Positions 1 to 9,591 of a stretch of 64,000 nt of DNA are shown here, one piece after another; position 1 is the stretch's first letter; each line of letters begins with the position of its first letter. A program made the translations under genes and the position numbers. The notes beneath the pieces are model-generated. The model saw nothing but the letters and a program-made list of their open reading frames with translations, was not told the origin of the DNA and searched no databases. The stretch is from a virus (Duplodnaviria > Caudoviricetes), in IMG/VR virus record IMGVR_UViG_3300033073_000410, positions 32,001-96,000 of that record. One strand, given 5' to 3'.

Positions 1-16
1 TAAGTTCTCTCTTATC

Positions 17-610
17 TTATTGGAATATTTGGGGGTGTTGTTTGCCATAAATCTTTATGTACTTTCCCGCCATCATGTCAGCCATTGCTTCAATGGGTGA
101 TCCTGGATAACTATCACCAGGCTTAATCATATTCAATTGCCCTTGACGATGATGTGTCAACTCATGGAATATTGTTCGTAAGATATCTACGAGATTGCGA
201 TTGCCAACATACACAGTAATGTTACCGTCATCAGTATGCACACCGGTGCGATGATTTGCTTGAGCCTCGGCTGTATCTGTACTAAAGTCAAACACAGGAT
301 GTGGTTCTTGAATGTTTAGTTTCTGAATAGACCATTGAATAAAATGGTCGATAACTTGTTTCTCGTCTACAGATTCAACACCCTCGTCTAGTTCGTTATT
401 ACGTTGCTTAATCTTCTTAATCCAAGCATCGGGAGTGCGGCCAAACTTGCGAACAAACAAGTCGTGTAGTTTGTCACCCGTAATATCATGCTTAACACTG
501 ATTCTTGACATCAAATCGTCAATGGCATCATAGTCCACACGTTTGAGTGAGGGAAGCATCTTCGCTAGTTCGTCAGCGGCTGATTCTGATAAAAATTCTG
601 TAGCTCTCAT
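17..610 (-). CDS. Putative internal head protein with C-terminal zincin-like (HExxH) metallopeptidase module
   Basis: Start moved to MRATEFLSE (ATG 610, 5 nt after GATAAATA). Has RTIFHELTHHRQ...PIEAMAD and an internal LDE/GVE/VDE linker. Confidence 0.6.
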   Translation of the reverse strand: MRATEFLSESAADELAKMLPSLKRVDYDAIDDLMSRISVKHDITGDKLHDLFVRKFGRTPDAWIKKIKQRNNELDEGVESVDEKQVIDHFIQWSIQKLNIQEPHPVFDFSTDTAEAQANHRTGVHTDDGNITVYVGNRNLVDILRTIFHELTHHRQGQLNMIKPGDSYPGSPIEAMADMMAGKYIKIYGKQHPQIFQ

Positions 611-615
611 ATTAA

Positions 616-623
616 TATTTATC
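616..623 (-). promoter_or_regulatory. T4-type late promoter, representative of ~20 copies
   Basis: GATAAATA. TAAATA core also near 2562, 6907, 14771, 20057, 25676, 30266, 38309, 42751, 44494, 48144, 51368, 57875, 60177, 61985, 62933, 63586 (minus) and 48202, 53310 (plus). Confidence 0.8.
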
Positions 624-631
624 GCAAATAG

Positions 632-726
632 GAAAATGCTCACTTTTGAGATTACGGTAGCGAATCGCTCTCTCAGCCCAGCAGCCGGGCCACTCTATAA
701 CGCAAAGGTCCTAAGGTAGAGTGTTC
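632..726 (-). ncRNA. Candidate structured intergenic RNA (three helices)
   Basis: GC-rich spacer with CACUCUA/UAGAGUG, GCCCGG/CUGGGC, and UGAGA/UCUCA enclosing AGCG/CGCU. Confidence 0.4.
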
Positions 727-2055
727 TTACATGACAAATATCTTACCAACTGAACTTGATAATACATCGTCAAACATATACTGCATATCGTTAGCTAACA
801 TTGATGTAGCATCTTGTCTTTCGGACTCGTCACGATATTCAGGCTTGATATTCAAATACCTGCTAGGGTTGCCCCAGTTTTTACGGCCATAACCCAAGTT
901 AGCTGGTAATGGATTAAATGTTACTTGACCAGTACCTAGATACTGAGCGAAAATTTCATACAAGAATTCATATGGGCGCTTGATTTCACCACTACGACTA
1001 GAACGCTGTGTGCCGATAGCGTTGAACAATGCATTGTATTCTGGTGTCAAGTCACCTCTCATTGAGTTTGGAGTAACACCCATTCTACTTGGGCTTTGTT
1101 TACCATAGTAATCTTCTAGCATCCCGTTAACTGATGTGAAGAAATGCTTTTCAGCTTCGCCCCAAGTACTCCAACCACGATTAGTACGAACACCTGCTTG
1201 AATAGCATGACCAAATCTATGTGCCATGATCCATGGTGTCATCATTACTTTACTATCACCACTGTTACCTACGAATACTACAGTGATAGCATCTTCACTA
1301 CCTTCAATAATTGGTTGTGCTTGTTGGCCAAACATCTGTTGAAGTTGCTCACTGGAGACTGGGCCAGTTTCGCTATACTTCCCTGTGCCGGGGATGTTAC
1401 TAAAGAACAATCTAAAATCGTACGGAGTCTTTTCAAAGAACTTTTGCGTCTTTAATTGATTAGTGGGGTGAGGTACTAGACGTTTATCTACACCCTTAAA
1501 TGGACCTGGCTTATTAAAGTCACCCATTGGAGTGAACTGTTGTAAAGCCATCTCATCAGTAATTTCTTCACTAATCTTGTTCTCTGGTTTGTCATATGCT
1601 CTACGGTCAGTTAAGTGATATTCCATACCATTGTGTTCAGTGTATTTTTGATACAAGTCCCATGTAGGTAATAGACGTTTAATCATCTTAGCATATAATG
1701 CAATGCGACTATTTTCTTTTGCACTGAATGTGATTTCTTCTACTTTATCAAGTCCGTAATCTTGTAAAAATGCTCTAGTGATATCAACAGCAGTTGATAA
1801 TACTTCTGCTGAATTGCCGGTGCCAGTTGTACCAAACAAGTCTAAATCTTCAGGGTCGTCTTGGTTTCGTATTAAACGGAACTGCATCTCCCACTTAGTA
1901 GGATTACCTATACGAACATGTGAATAGGCATGCCATTGATATGTTCTATCACCTACTGTGAAATCAGCAGTTGCTTCTTCACTACCGCGGTGTCGCCACT
2001 TCCAGTTTGTCTTACCTGGAGCGAATACCTCAGTGATGAATTCACTTGCTCTCAT
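727..2055 (-). CDS. Two-module putative internal head protein
   Basis: Starts MRASEFITE; ISEEITDE linker. Module 1 resembles the C-terminal module of 49215..50588; module 2 has WIMAHRFGHA. Confidence 0.6.
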   Translation of the reverse strand: MRASEFITEVFAPGKTNWKWRHRGSEEATADFTVGDRTYQWHAYSHVRIGNPTKWEMQFRLIRNQDDPEDLDLFGTTGTGNSAEVLSTAVDITRAFLQDYGLDKVEEITFSAKENSRIALYAKMIKRLLPTWDLYQKYTEHNGMEYHLTDRRAYDKPENKISEEITDEMALQQFTPMGDFNKPGPFKGVDKRLVPHPTNQLKTQKFFEKTPYDFRLFFSNIPGTGKYSETGPVSSEQLQQMFGQQAQPIIEGSEDAITVVFVGNSGDSKVMMTPWIMAHRFGHAIQAGVRTNRGWSTWGEAEKHFFTSVNGMLEDYYGKQSPSRMGVTPNSMRGDLTPEYNALFNAIGTQRSSRSGEIKRPYEFLYEIFAQYLGTGQVTFNPLPANLGYGRKNWGNPSRYLNIKPEYRDESERQDATSMLANDMQYMFDDVLSSSVGKIFVM

Positions 2056-2495
2056 TACTCACGTTCTTTCTTTAAGATAGAACGAATGAACCACGCTTTC
2101 TTAGCATACAAGTCTTGTAGTTCAGCCAAGAAGTTTGCAATGCCTTGTTGCTTCTCATTAGTTGCTTCATCAAACATAGCAACAACTAACTGCAACATTT
2201 TATCAGTATCTTGTAATGTTTCGACAAACATTAACTCAGCACGAGGAATCTTTACTTGGTCTTCAATGATACTCAATTCAGCATAGCGTTGTAAGCTACC
2301 GGGAGTATAGTGACCTAAGATTCTAATGTATTCAGCAATGCGGTCAATTGTACCGTCTACATCACCGTATAGTGAATCATAGAATGCATGGTATTGCGGG
2401 AAGTTTGAACCCTCAATGTTCCAATGAAAGTTCTGTGATTTGATAGCAAAACTTTGTGTACTTGCTAGTAATACTTTTAGATTGTCTGATAACAT
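2055..2495 (-). CDS. dps: Dps / ferritin-like DNA protection protein
   Basis: KSQNFHWNIEG..F..YH, D.IAE.IR.LG and KKAWF motifs; 146 aa. Confidence 0.9.
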   Translation of the reverse strand: MLSDNLKVLLASTQSFAIKSQNFHWNIEGSNFPQYHAFYDSLYGDVDGTIDRIAEYIRILGHYTPGSLQRYAELSIIEDQVKIPRAELMFVETLQDTDKMLQLVVAMFDEATNEKQQGIANFLAELQDLYAKKAWFIRSILKKERE

Positions 2496-2564
2496 AATTA
2501 TTTCTGAGGTTGTGGGGGAGGACTACCCTTACGATTCCAATAGAATTCAAAGTAGTCCATGTAT

Positions 2565-4043
2565 TTAGTGTCTCAACAATAGTGTTGATAGAACGTTCTG
2601 GTCGTTAGCACTTACATCACCTTCACCAGGTGCAACAATAACATTGTACTTCATGCCACCAACTTTACCTTTACCCATGTACTCATCATATGATAATATA
2701 CTTGATGGGCTGATATTGTATGCATCGGCTAAACGTTGTTTCAATTGTTTCAATGCTTCTGGACTAGCAACTTGCCATTGACCATCTGGTCCTTTAGCCA
2801 AGTTACCCTTGCTATCTTTAGCCAATAAGTCATAGAATAGTTTTTCAGGAACAATGCGACTATTCTTAGTTGTTTCTAGATTAGGATCACTTGCCTTAAC
2901 TTGTTTCTCTTGGCTAGTGTTAGCACCTTCACTCCAGTTGATAATGAAGTTGTCTGGCTTCTTAGCTAATGCGGCACCAGCCATCTTAGTATAAGCATAG
3001 AACTTAGTGTCTGGATGTTGTGCTGCCATCTTCAACGCTAAGTCTAGGTATTCAGGACTAAAGAAGTCACCAGCGTCATGCCAACGAACTGTTACGTCCC
3101 AGCCACCTGGGAATTTCTTATCACCCTTTTTACCAGCAGCTTCTTCGTGTGCAATTTCGCTACTAAGTTGTTTAAAGAATCCATCCGGATCATTCAACAA
3201 GTATGTTAAGATGCGACCGTCACTAACCCAAGCATTCTTGAATTGAACTTTACCACCCTTCATAGCGAAGCAATCAACTTTACATGAACCAGCACCTGGA
3301 CATGTGTTTACTACAATTAGTTTGCCAGTAGATTCATCTACAGCGATACCAGTTAAAGCTGCAAAGCCAACGTTAAAGAATTGTTCAAACTCACCGTTTG
3401 AATGCTTCATCTTTTCGTTTTGCTTTAATAACTTCTTTGGACGTGTTTTCAATGCGTTGATAACATCTTCTTCACGATATCTTTTACCTTGCTCGTCATA
3501 GTAAGTGATTACACTTGAGCGATGCATGTATGGCAATTTAAACTTGTCAGTTTTAGTCTTACCACTAATGTACTTTTCTTCACCCGGTGTAACTTCACCA
3601 GTCTTCTTATTGACTTTATCTTTACTAACTTTGACTTTACCAGTCTTCTTGTCAATGTCAGGCGTACCTTGAATACGAGTCATATAGTCTTGGAACTCTT
3701 GTCCACCGAACTCACGTTGAGGTGCATCTAACTTAGTAGCTTCATCTACTGGCTTAGTAAAGCCTTGATACGCACCTTTAACTGCACCAGTAACACCGCC
3801 TATTACTTTCTTACCAACTTGTGACATGAAAGAAGGACGCTCTTTAGGCTGAGTTAAACTATCAATAGTCTTACGTGCGTTAGCTTGTGCATCACGTTGC
3901 ACATCAGCCATTGAGTATGCTTCATCTACTTCATCTTCATCGCCGGCTTGGCTGACGAATTGATCCATGCTCATTACTTTAACGCCTTGAACAGCTCCGG
4001 GTAGTTTTGGCGTTGCGCCTTCAAATAGTTCTTGAAATTTCAT
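2565..4043 (-). CDS. GP88-like (radical-SAM-related) protein with N-terminal head-targeting modules
   Basis: TCPGAGSCKVDCFAMKG, VRWHDAGDFFS, FYAYTK; starts MKFQELFE; VDE linkers. Confidence 0.6.
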   Translation of the reverse strand: MKFQELFEGATPKLPGAVQGVKVMSMDQFVSQAGDEDEVDEAYSMADVQRDAQANARKTIDSLTQPKERPSFMSQVGKKVIGGVTGAVKGAYQGFTKPVDEATKLDAPQREFGGQEFQDYMTRIQGTPDIDKKTGKVKVSKDKVNKKTGEVTPGEEKYISGKTKTDKFKLPYMHRSSVITYYDEQGKRYREEDVINALKTRPKKLLKQNEKMKHSNGEFEQFFNVGFAALTGIAVDESTGKLIVVNTCPGAGSCKVDCFAMKGGKVQFKNAWVSDGRILTYLLNDPDGFFKQLSSEIAHEEAAGKKGDKKFPGGWDVTVRWHDAGDFFSPEYLDLALKMAAQHPDTKFYAYTKMAGAALAKKPDNFIINWSEGANTSQEKQVKASDPNLETTKNSRIVPEKLFYDLLAKDSKGNLAKGPDGQWQVASPEALKQLKQRLADAYNISPSSILSYDEYMGKGKVGGMKYNVIVAPGEGDVSANDQNVLSTLLLRH

Positions 4044-4045
4044 AA

Positions 4046-6886
4046 TTATTTCTTTGGTACACAGTTAGGCACTGTCTTGCCGTTCTTTTTCTTCATGCCG
4101 TATTGTTCATAACCATCCCAGCAATCTTCTTCGATAGCAGCCTCAGGGCCATGATGCTTGAAATAAGCAACCCATGCTAATCTAAATGCTTTCTGACTGA
4201 ACGGGAATGGTGAACCACCACCGTAGTATAACTTCTGGAACGCATCTTTCATAGTGTCGCCAGGTCTTGCGTGACTTGCTGCCGCCCAGCCCACTTGCCA
4301 ACCCATTACATCTAAGCCAGCTTCGTAGCCACCACTTCGTTCAAACTCACGCATAGCTTCTGGATCTTTCTCAAACACAGACTTCTTTTCGTTTTGTTTG
4401 CGAATCTTAGCAATGTTTTTGGCACGATCCTTTACAATAATATCGTGTGCTTGATGTGTTGGTTCTGTCGCCCAGTCCCATGCTTTCTTAGCACCTTGTT
4501 TGATTGTATCACCAAAGCCTTCTTTAGCAACGATATCTTTATCTTTTGCTTTGTTTGAGATTTCTTTATCTTTAGCTTTTGCACCGATTTCTTTATCAGC
4601 ACCCTTCTTAAAGATTTGTAGGTCTTTGTACAGGTCACTGGCTAATTTATCTTCTGAAACTTCTGCTTCATCTACTTTTTTTGGAAGACTTTTATAGTCT
4701 GCTCCTTTATCAGCACTATGAAACTCTTTGCCAACTTTCTGACTAATGCCAACTTTCTTAGCAAACTCTGGATTGTGTGCTACTGCTGCCATTGTTCTGA
4801 ATTGTGCTTGGCTCTTTGATTTTTCATTGACTTGTTTAGCACGAGGATCTTGCCAGTGATAGATTAAACCATCACGACCTAAGGTTTCGCTCTTGCTCCC
4901 TCTATCTCCGGGAAAACTTGGCTTACGAGGTTCAGGGAACTTGCCTGTTGCTTGGGGTCCTGGCTTTAAGAAACTATTGGCTTCTTCTACTTGTTCGCCA
5001 CCTGCCATATGAGCACCATCGACAATCTTGCCGTTAGTAAACTTAAATGATTGTACACCATCTGGTGTTAACATCTTCTTCAATCCCATTGTAGTGATTG
5101 TTCCTGGGTCGGCTTGTCCTACACGCTTTTCTTCTACTGGCAATGCTGAACCACGAGGTAATACTTTCTTACCGTTTTGTAATTTACGTGATAGTAAATC
5201 TTGCAATACATAATCAGCGTTGTTAATAACAACTTGACGAGCTTCTTCTGGACTTGAAGCAACTACTGAGTACAGTCTTGGACCATAATCAGCATACTTG
5301 CCACGATAGTAGTTATTGAACACACGAACGTCCCATACACGCCAATCTTTAAGAGCGGCGAACGTAGACATTTCTTCACCTTCTTTAACGTCTTTATTCT
5401 TTTCTGCATCAGCAATATGTTGTTGCAACATAGCCCACAATCTATCACTTTCAGACTGTTTAGCTTCTTTATCTTTCCCAGACAACTCAGCTTTTGGCTT
5501 TTTACTCAATTCTTTTCTAGCAGTCTTTGTATTTGCTTTTTTAACTTCAGCTAAAGCATCTTCTGGTTGTCTTCTTGCTTGCGGTAATTGGTCATGTTCT
5601 TGTAAATAATCAAAGAACTCTTGAACTGACATACCATAATCACGTTCCACACCTGCTCTGAATGTAGCTTGTTCTTGAGGAGAAGCATTGTTGTACTTAT
5701 CCATTAGTTCAGTAACTGTCAAATCGGCGTCAATTATATTCTGATTTGCTTGTTGAGTAGCTACTACACCGAGCCATCTAATCTTATCAATAATCATACT
5801 AATCTCAGCAGTGATATTATTTCTAGTATCCATTGATGCTCTGCCAAACTTTTTCACCTGCTGTTGACTTAATGCTCTAGCGACTTCCATAAAGTCACTA
5901 CTGTTGACACCAGCTTTTTGTAATTCTTCTTTAGCGTATGCTAACCATTCTTTACCTTCATCAGTCAATCTCCAACTATTATCAATTTCAACTTGCTGAG
6001 GAGATGGGATTGAGGCAACAGTTGAACTGAAAGTTTGACCGCTTGGACGATTGACAATTTCTAAGATTGCTCTGATAGATGGTGTGATATCATTATTACC
6101 TTGAATCGCTGCACCAGTGTTAGGATTATATGATTGATTGTTTTCTGGGCCAAAATGCTTGACTTGCCACATACTCAATCGTCTTGCCAATGATATACGT
6201 TGTGCAGGATCAGCAGCTTCTAATTGTTTCTGAGCATATGCTAAGAAGCGTTGAAACTTATCACCTTCTTCTTCCCACTCATCAGCTTCTTCTAAACGTT
6301 GGTCGTTTGGTACACCACGTTGAAACAACTCTTGATGAATTGCTTGCCATGCTTCATTGTTCTTTTTACCTTCAGCACGTAATTCTTCTGTGTTTGGAGG
6401 TGCATCTCCGCCAAACAAACTAGCACCTTTATATTTGTTAAAGATGGCTTGAATTTCGTCACTACGTTTTCTAATATCACGTAGCATTTGCTTTAATTTG
6501 TCAGTTGGGATTTCTTTATATGGAGCTAATTTTGCTTGATATGCTGAAACATTAGCTTGTTGTTGTTCTTTTCCTTTAACTAAACCATCTTTGTAACCAC
6601 GTGAATATTCACCTGATTCAGGACCATAGATAGAACTAGCACGAGGATTAGCTTCACCCCTGATACCGTCATTGACGCCATCTTCATAAGCACCTTCTTT
6701 AACTGACACTGAGTTAGGAAATTTGTCACTAGTCTTGATGCCTTGTAACATAGAGCCTTTGCCTCTACGCTTAACTCTTCCTAGTGGTTGACTTACTGAC
6801 GCTACACTAGCACTTGTGCTAGTTCCCGCATCCGATTCTGTTACAACTTCTTGTTGTTTTGGTGCTAAAAGTTTTTCGATTTTCAT
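4046..6886 (-). CDS. Modular polyprotein-like putative internal head protein
   Basis: 946 aa of unrelated segments separated by VTE, VKE, LEE, LAE, VKE, VEE, VNE, VDE, VSE, IEE; ends in CWDGY...VPNCVPKK. Confidence 0.6.
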   Translation of the reverse strand: MKIEKLLAPKQQEVVTESDAGTSTSASVASVSQPLGRVKRRGKGSMLQGIKTSDKFPNSVSVKEGAYEDGVNDGIRGEANPRASSIYGPESGEYSRGYKDGLVKGKEQQQANVSAYQAKLAPYKEIPTDKLKQMLRDIRKRSDEIQAIFNKYKGASLFGGDAPPNTEELRAEGKKNNEAWQAIHQELFQRGVPNDQRLEEADEWEEEGDKFQRFLAYAQKQLEAADPAQRISLARRLSMWQVKHFGPENNQSYNPNTGAAIQGNNDITPSIRAILEIVNRPSGQTFSSTVASIPSPQQVEIDNSWRLTDEGKEWLAYAKEELQKAGVNSSDFMEVARALSQQQVKKFGRASMDTRNNITAEISMIIDKIRWLGVVATQQANQNIIDADLTVTELMDKYNNASPQEQATFRAGVERDYGMSVQEFFDYLQEHDQLPQARRQPEDALAEVKKANTKTARKELSKKPKAELSGKDKEAKQSESDRLWAMLQQHIADAEKNKDVKEGEEMSTFAALKDWRVWDVRVFNNYYRGKYADYGPRLYSVVASSPEEARQVVINNADYVLQDLLSRKLQNGKKVLPRGSALPVEEKRVGQADPGTITTMGLKKMLTPDGVQSFKFTNGKIVDGAHMAGGEQVEEANSFLKPGPQATGKFPEPRKPSFPGDRGSKSETLGRDGLIYHWQDPRAKQVNEKSKSQAQFRTMAAVAHNPEFAKKVGISQKVGKEFHSADKGADYKSLPKKVDEAEVSEDKLASDLYKDLQIFKKGADKEIGAKAKDKEISNKAKDKDIVAKEGFGDTIKQGAKKAWDWATEPTHQAHDIIVKDRAKNIAKIRKQNEKKSVFEKDPEAMREFERSGGYEAGLDVMGWQVGWAAASHARPGDTMKDAFQKLYYGGGSPFPFSQKAFRLAWVAYFKHHGPEAAIEEDCWDGYEQYGMKKKNGKTVPNCVPKK

Positions 6887-6909
6887 AAAAAGATCCGTTA
6901 ATCTAATAT

Positions 6910-9588
6910 TTATCTGCGGCGTCTATTAACTCTAGGATAAATTTGTCCAGAGCTTGGTTGTGGTAAATGTGTATTTCTAGGATATACTTGCCCAGTTGTA
7001 TTAACCTCATTCTTATAATATAGATATAAGTTTACTGAACCCTGCAAATCTGTTAAATCAGCTGGGCCACCGTGTGTTTCAGTAATTTGACCGTGCTTTG
7101 CTAGATTTAAAATATAACGTTTTGCAGTATCTTGATTCATGTATGGATATAACTCTAACGCACATGCCAATACACCAGCTACTTGAGGTGTAGCCATACT
7201 TGTTCCGCTGAACTTACCTAAGCCATAACTATTACTTCTTGGATCAACGACAGCATAATTATACAAGCATGAAATGATATTTGTACCAGGGCTATAAACA
7301 TCCACACCCGGTCCACAGTCACTGTATGATGCTTTATAATCTCCGACGGATACGTCAATTGAGCCTACACAAATAGTATTCAAATCAAAGTCACCTCCAC
7401 CGGCTATTGATTCAACTGCTGTTGGACTTGAACCTCTCATATAATAATATGGATTCTGAACACTTGCTGGATAACGTTGCGCCATTTCGAATGTATTGTC
7501 CCAATCTAAGCCACCGGGTAAATCATGCTTCCATGAACCGTTACCAGCCGCGCCCACAAAAATAATACCTTCTTTTTGTGCATCTTCAACATCAGCATCT
7601 AAGCCAGGCACTCGCATTGGAATACGTTTACCAGCAATAAATCCCCAAGCATTTAATTGCTCAGTGGAAAAACCACCCGATGAATAGCGTAACCCGTTAC
7701 TACTTGTTTGAATATCAAATGTTTCAGGGGTATGTTCATTAAAAGTATATTGAATACGCATATTAGTAACAGTTGATGAGTACGCCGCTGACATACCAAT
7801 GTGTAATGTAAACTGCCTATTAGGTGCAGTTCCTGTTACAGTAGAATATACCTCAGTCAATCTCCTATCGCCGCCACCCCAAAAGATTTTAGGATATGAT
7901 GGGTAAGCATAGCTTAAACCATAGTATGCATCTGAGCCACCGCCGAATGTAAGATATCCGTTAGTACAAACGTAAACGCCACTATACGTTCCGCCCAAAT
8001 ATCTGATATTAAAAGGCAACGCAACATATCCAAATCCATCATCCATGCTTCCTGTAAAGGGGATAGAACCAATAATATTGGTCATACTTGATGTATTGAG
8101 TAAAACGTTTGCTATTTCAGTTGTATCGGCAGAATAACTTCCAGGAGTAACTACGTGTACGTCAAAAATAACGTCATAGCCGGCCCAATCATCTTGTTCC
8201 GTCACCGAATCAAAAGTAATTGTATACGGACCTGTTCCGGTAACTTGATATGATTTTGATATTAGTACTTCACCATCACCATAAAATCCATCAAGTGTTT
8301 GAGTTTCAGTATCTTGAAATAAAACGGTCTCACCTTCACGAATAGTAACCGTAATACCGATATCAAAAATAGTCAATGATCCTACTACTGCTATATCAGC
8401 TAATACCGCAATATCCGCAGGACCAGTGAGTGTAACAGTATATGAACTTGATGCAGGTCTTGTTGAGGCAGTATATGTTGCTTGTCCCGGACCACTAGCA
8501 ACCCATCCAGATGGAATATCAGTGATACTCGGTGGAGTACCACCTAAGTCTCCAAACGTTGTTAACCTATAGCCAGCGTTTTCTTTTTTGTCAAATGTAG
8601 CTAACAATGTAGTAGCCGAACATATACCATATAAACCGCTGTATGCAACTGATGTTACAGGTGTATGTCGTTGTCCTCTATATGTTACTGCCGTGATATC
8701 AGAAAATGACCATTCACTAGGGAAAATACTTTGTCCCCAACTATTAGTTGATAGTGTAGGGTTCTTTCTTCCGGTTTCAGAATTAACTTCTTTGTGTCTA
8801 TGGAATGCACGAATATAATCCATTACATAATCAAACTGTGTCCAAGTATTGAAATCTGGACTAGCATCATAATAGATATTATAGATATTTGCATCACGTG
8901 CCCAACCTTGAGTATTGCCAGCAACAGTACCAGCAACGTGTAATGGATGGTCTTGTGGGTAACCACTAAAATTATATGAATAATTAGTAACTGCTGTTCC
9001 AGTTACTTCCGGATTCCATTGACACCAATTGATTGATTTAACCCTAGTGCCACCTGTACCGTCACTATTAACTTGGTATTCTGGGTGTCCGGGGGAAATG
9101 CCATCAGCGTCAGTAACAACAACGTCAACGTTCTTACCTGTTTGTCCTAAAGTAATAGAACCTGTTTGCATCTGTGTTCCATTGCTACCCCAGTTACTTC
9201 TATTTTCACCCTCAATACAACGTAATAAACCCCAATTCTTCATGGGAGTTGTAGTATTACCACTCTTGTCCCATGCAGTACTTGATTGACTAACTGAATC
9301 AGTCACATCTTCAAACGTACCGGCTGTAATACCCATGTATTTTTTATGTATGGTTACCATTTTAACTAAAGGATTATTACGTAATTCTTCAGCTTCACCG
9401 TGTGTTAAACTATATGTTGTGTTACGACTTGAAGGTCTACGGTCTTTACAGTAAACACTTCTAGTAATCGTTGTATTAGCCGGAGCTTTTAAATGAGATT
9501 CTAACTCATCATATATCGTTTCTAAGTCAGCAAAGTCGTTAACCGTGACGATATAATCAAATCTTCTATTTGATTCTAAGTAGGTCAT
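6910..9588 (-). CDS. Subtilisin-like (S8) serine protease with large insertion
   Basis: VDVVVTD (Asp), HPLHVAGT (His), AAGN (oxyanion Asn), GTSMATPQVAG (Ser). Confidence 0.88.
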   Translation of the reverse strand: MTYLESNRRFDYIVTVNDFADLETIYDELESHLKAPANTTITRSVYCKDRRPSSRNTTYSLTHGEAEELRNNPLVKMVTIHKKYMGITAGTFEDVTDSVSQSSTAWDKSGNTTTPMKNWGLLRCIEGENRSNWGSNGTQMQTGSITLGQTGKNVDVVVTDADGISPGHPEYQVNSDGTGGTRVKSINWCQWNPEVTGTAVTNYSYNFSGYPQDHPLHVAGTVAGNTQGWARDANIYNIYYDASPDFNTWTQFDYVMDYIRAFHRHKEVNSETGRKNPTLSTNSWGQSIFPSEWSFSDITAVTYRGQRHTPVTSVAYSGLYGICSATTLLATFDKKENAGYRLTTFGDLGGTPPSITDIPSGWVASGPGQATYTASTRPASSSYTVTLTGPADIAVLADIAVVGSLTIFDIGITVTIREGETVLFQDTETQTLDGFYGDGEVLISKSYQVTGTGPYTITFDSVTEQDDWAGYDVIFDVHVVTPGSYSADTTEIANVLLNTSSMTNIIGSIPFTGSMDDGFGYVALPFNIRYLGGTYSGVYVCTNGYLTFGGGSDAYYGLSYAYPSYPKIFWGGGDRRLTEVYSTVTGTAPNRQFTLHIGMSAAYSSTVTNMRIQYTFNEHTPETFDIQTSSNGLRYSSGGFSTEQLNAWGFIAGKRIPMRVPGLDADVEDAQKEGIIFVGAAGNGSWKHDLPGGLDWDNTFEMAQRYPASVQNPYYYMRGSSPTAVESIAGGGDFDLNTICVGSIDVSVGDYKASYSDCGPGVDVYSPGTNIISCLYNYAVVDPRSNSYGLGKFSGTSMATPQVAGVLACALELYPYMNQDTAKRYILNLAKHGQITETHGGPADLTDLQGSVNLYLYYKNEVNTTGQVYPRNTHLPQPSSGQIYPRVNRRRR

Positions 9589-9591
9589 ATA

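Noticed and set aside
700-722. GGUCCUAAG on the plus strand, resembling the twister ribozyme L4 loop
   Set aside because: The closing CC pairing and the other twister elements could not be found.
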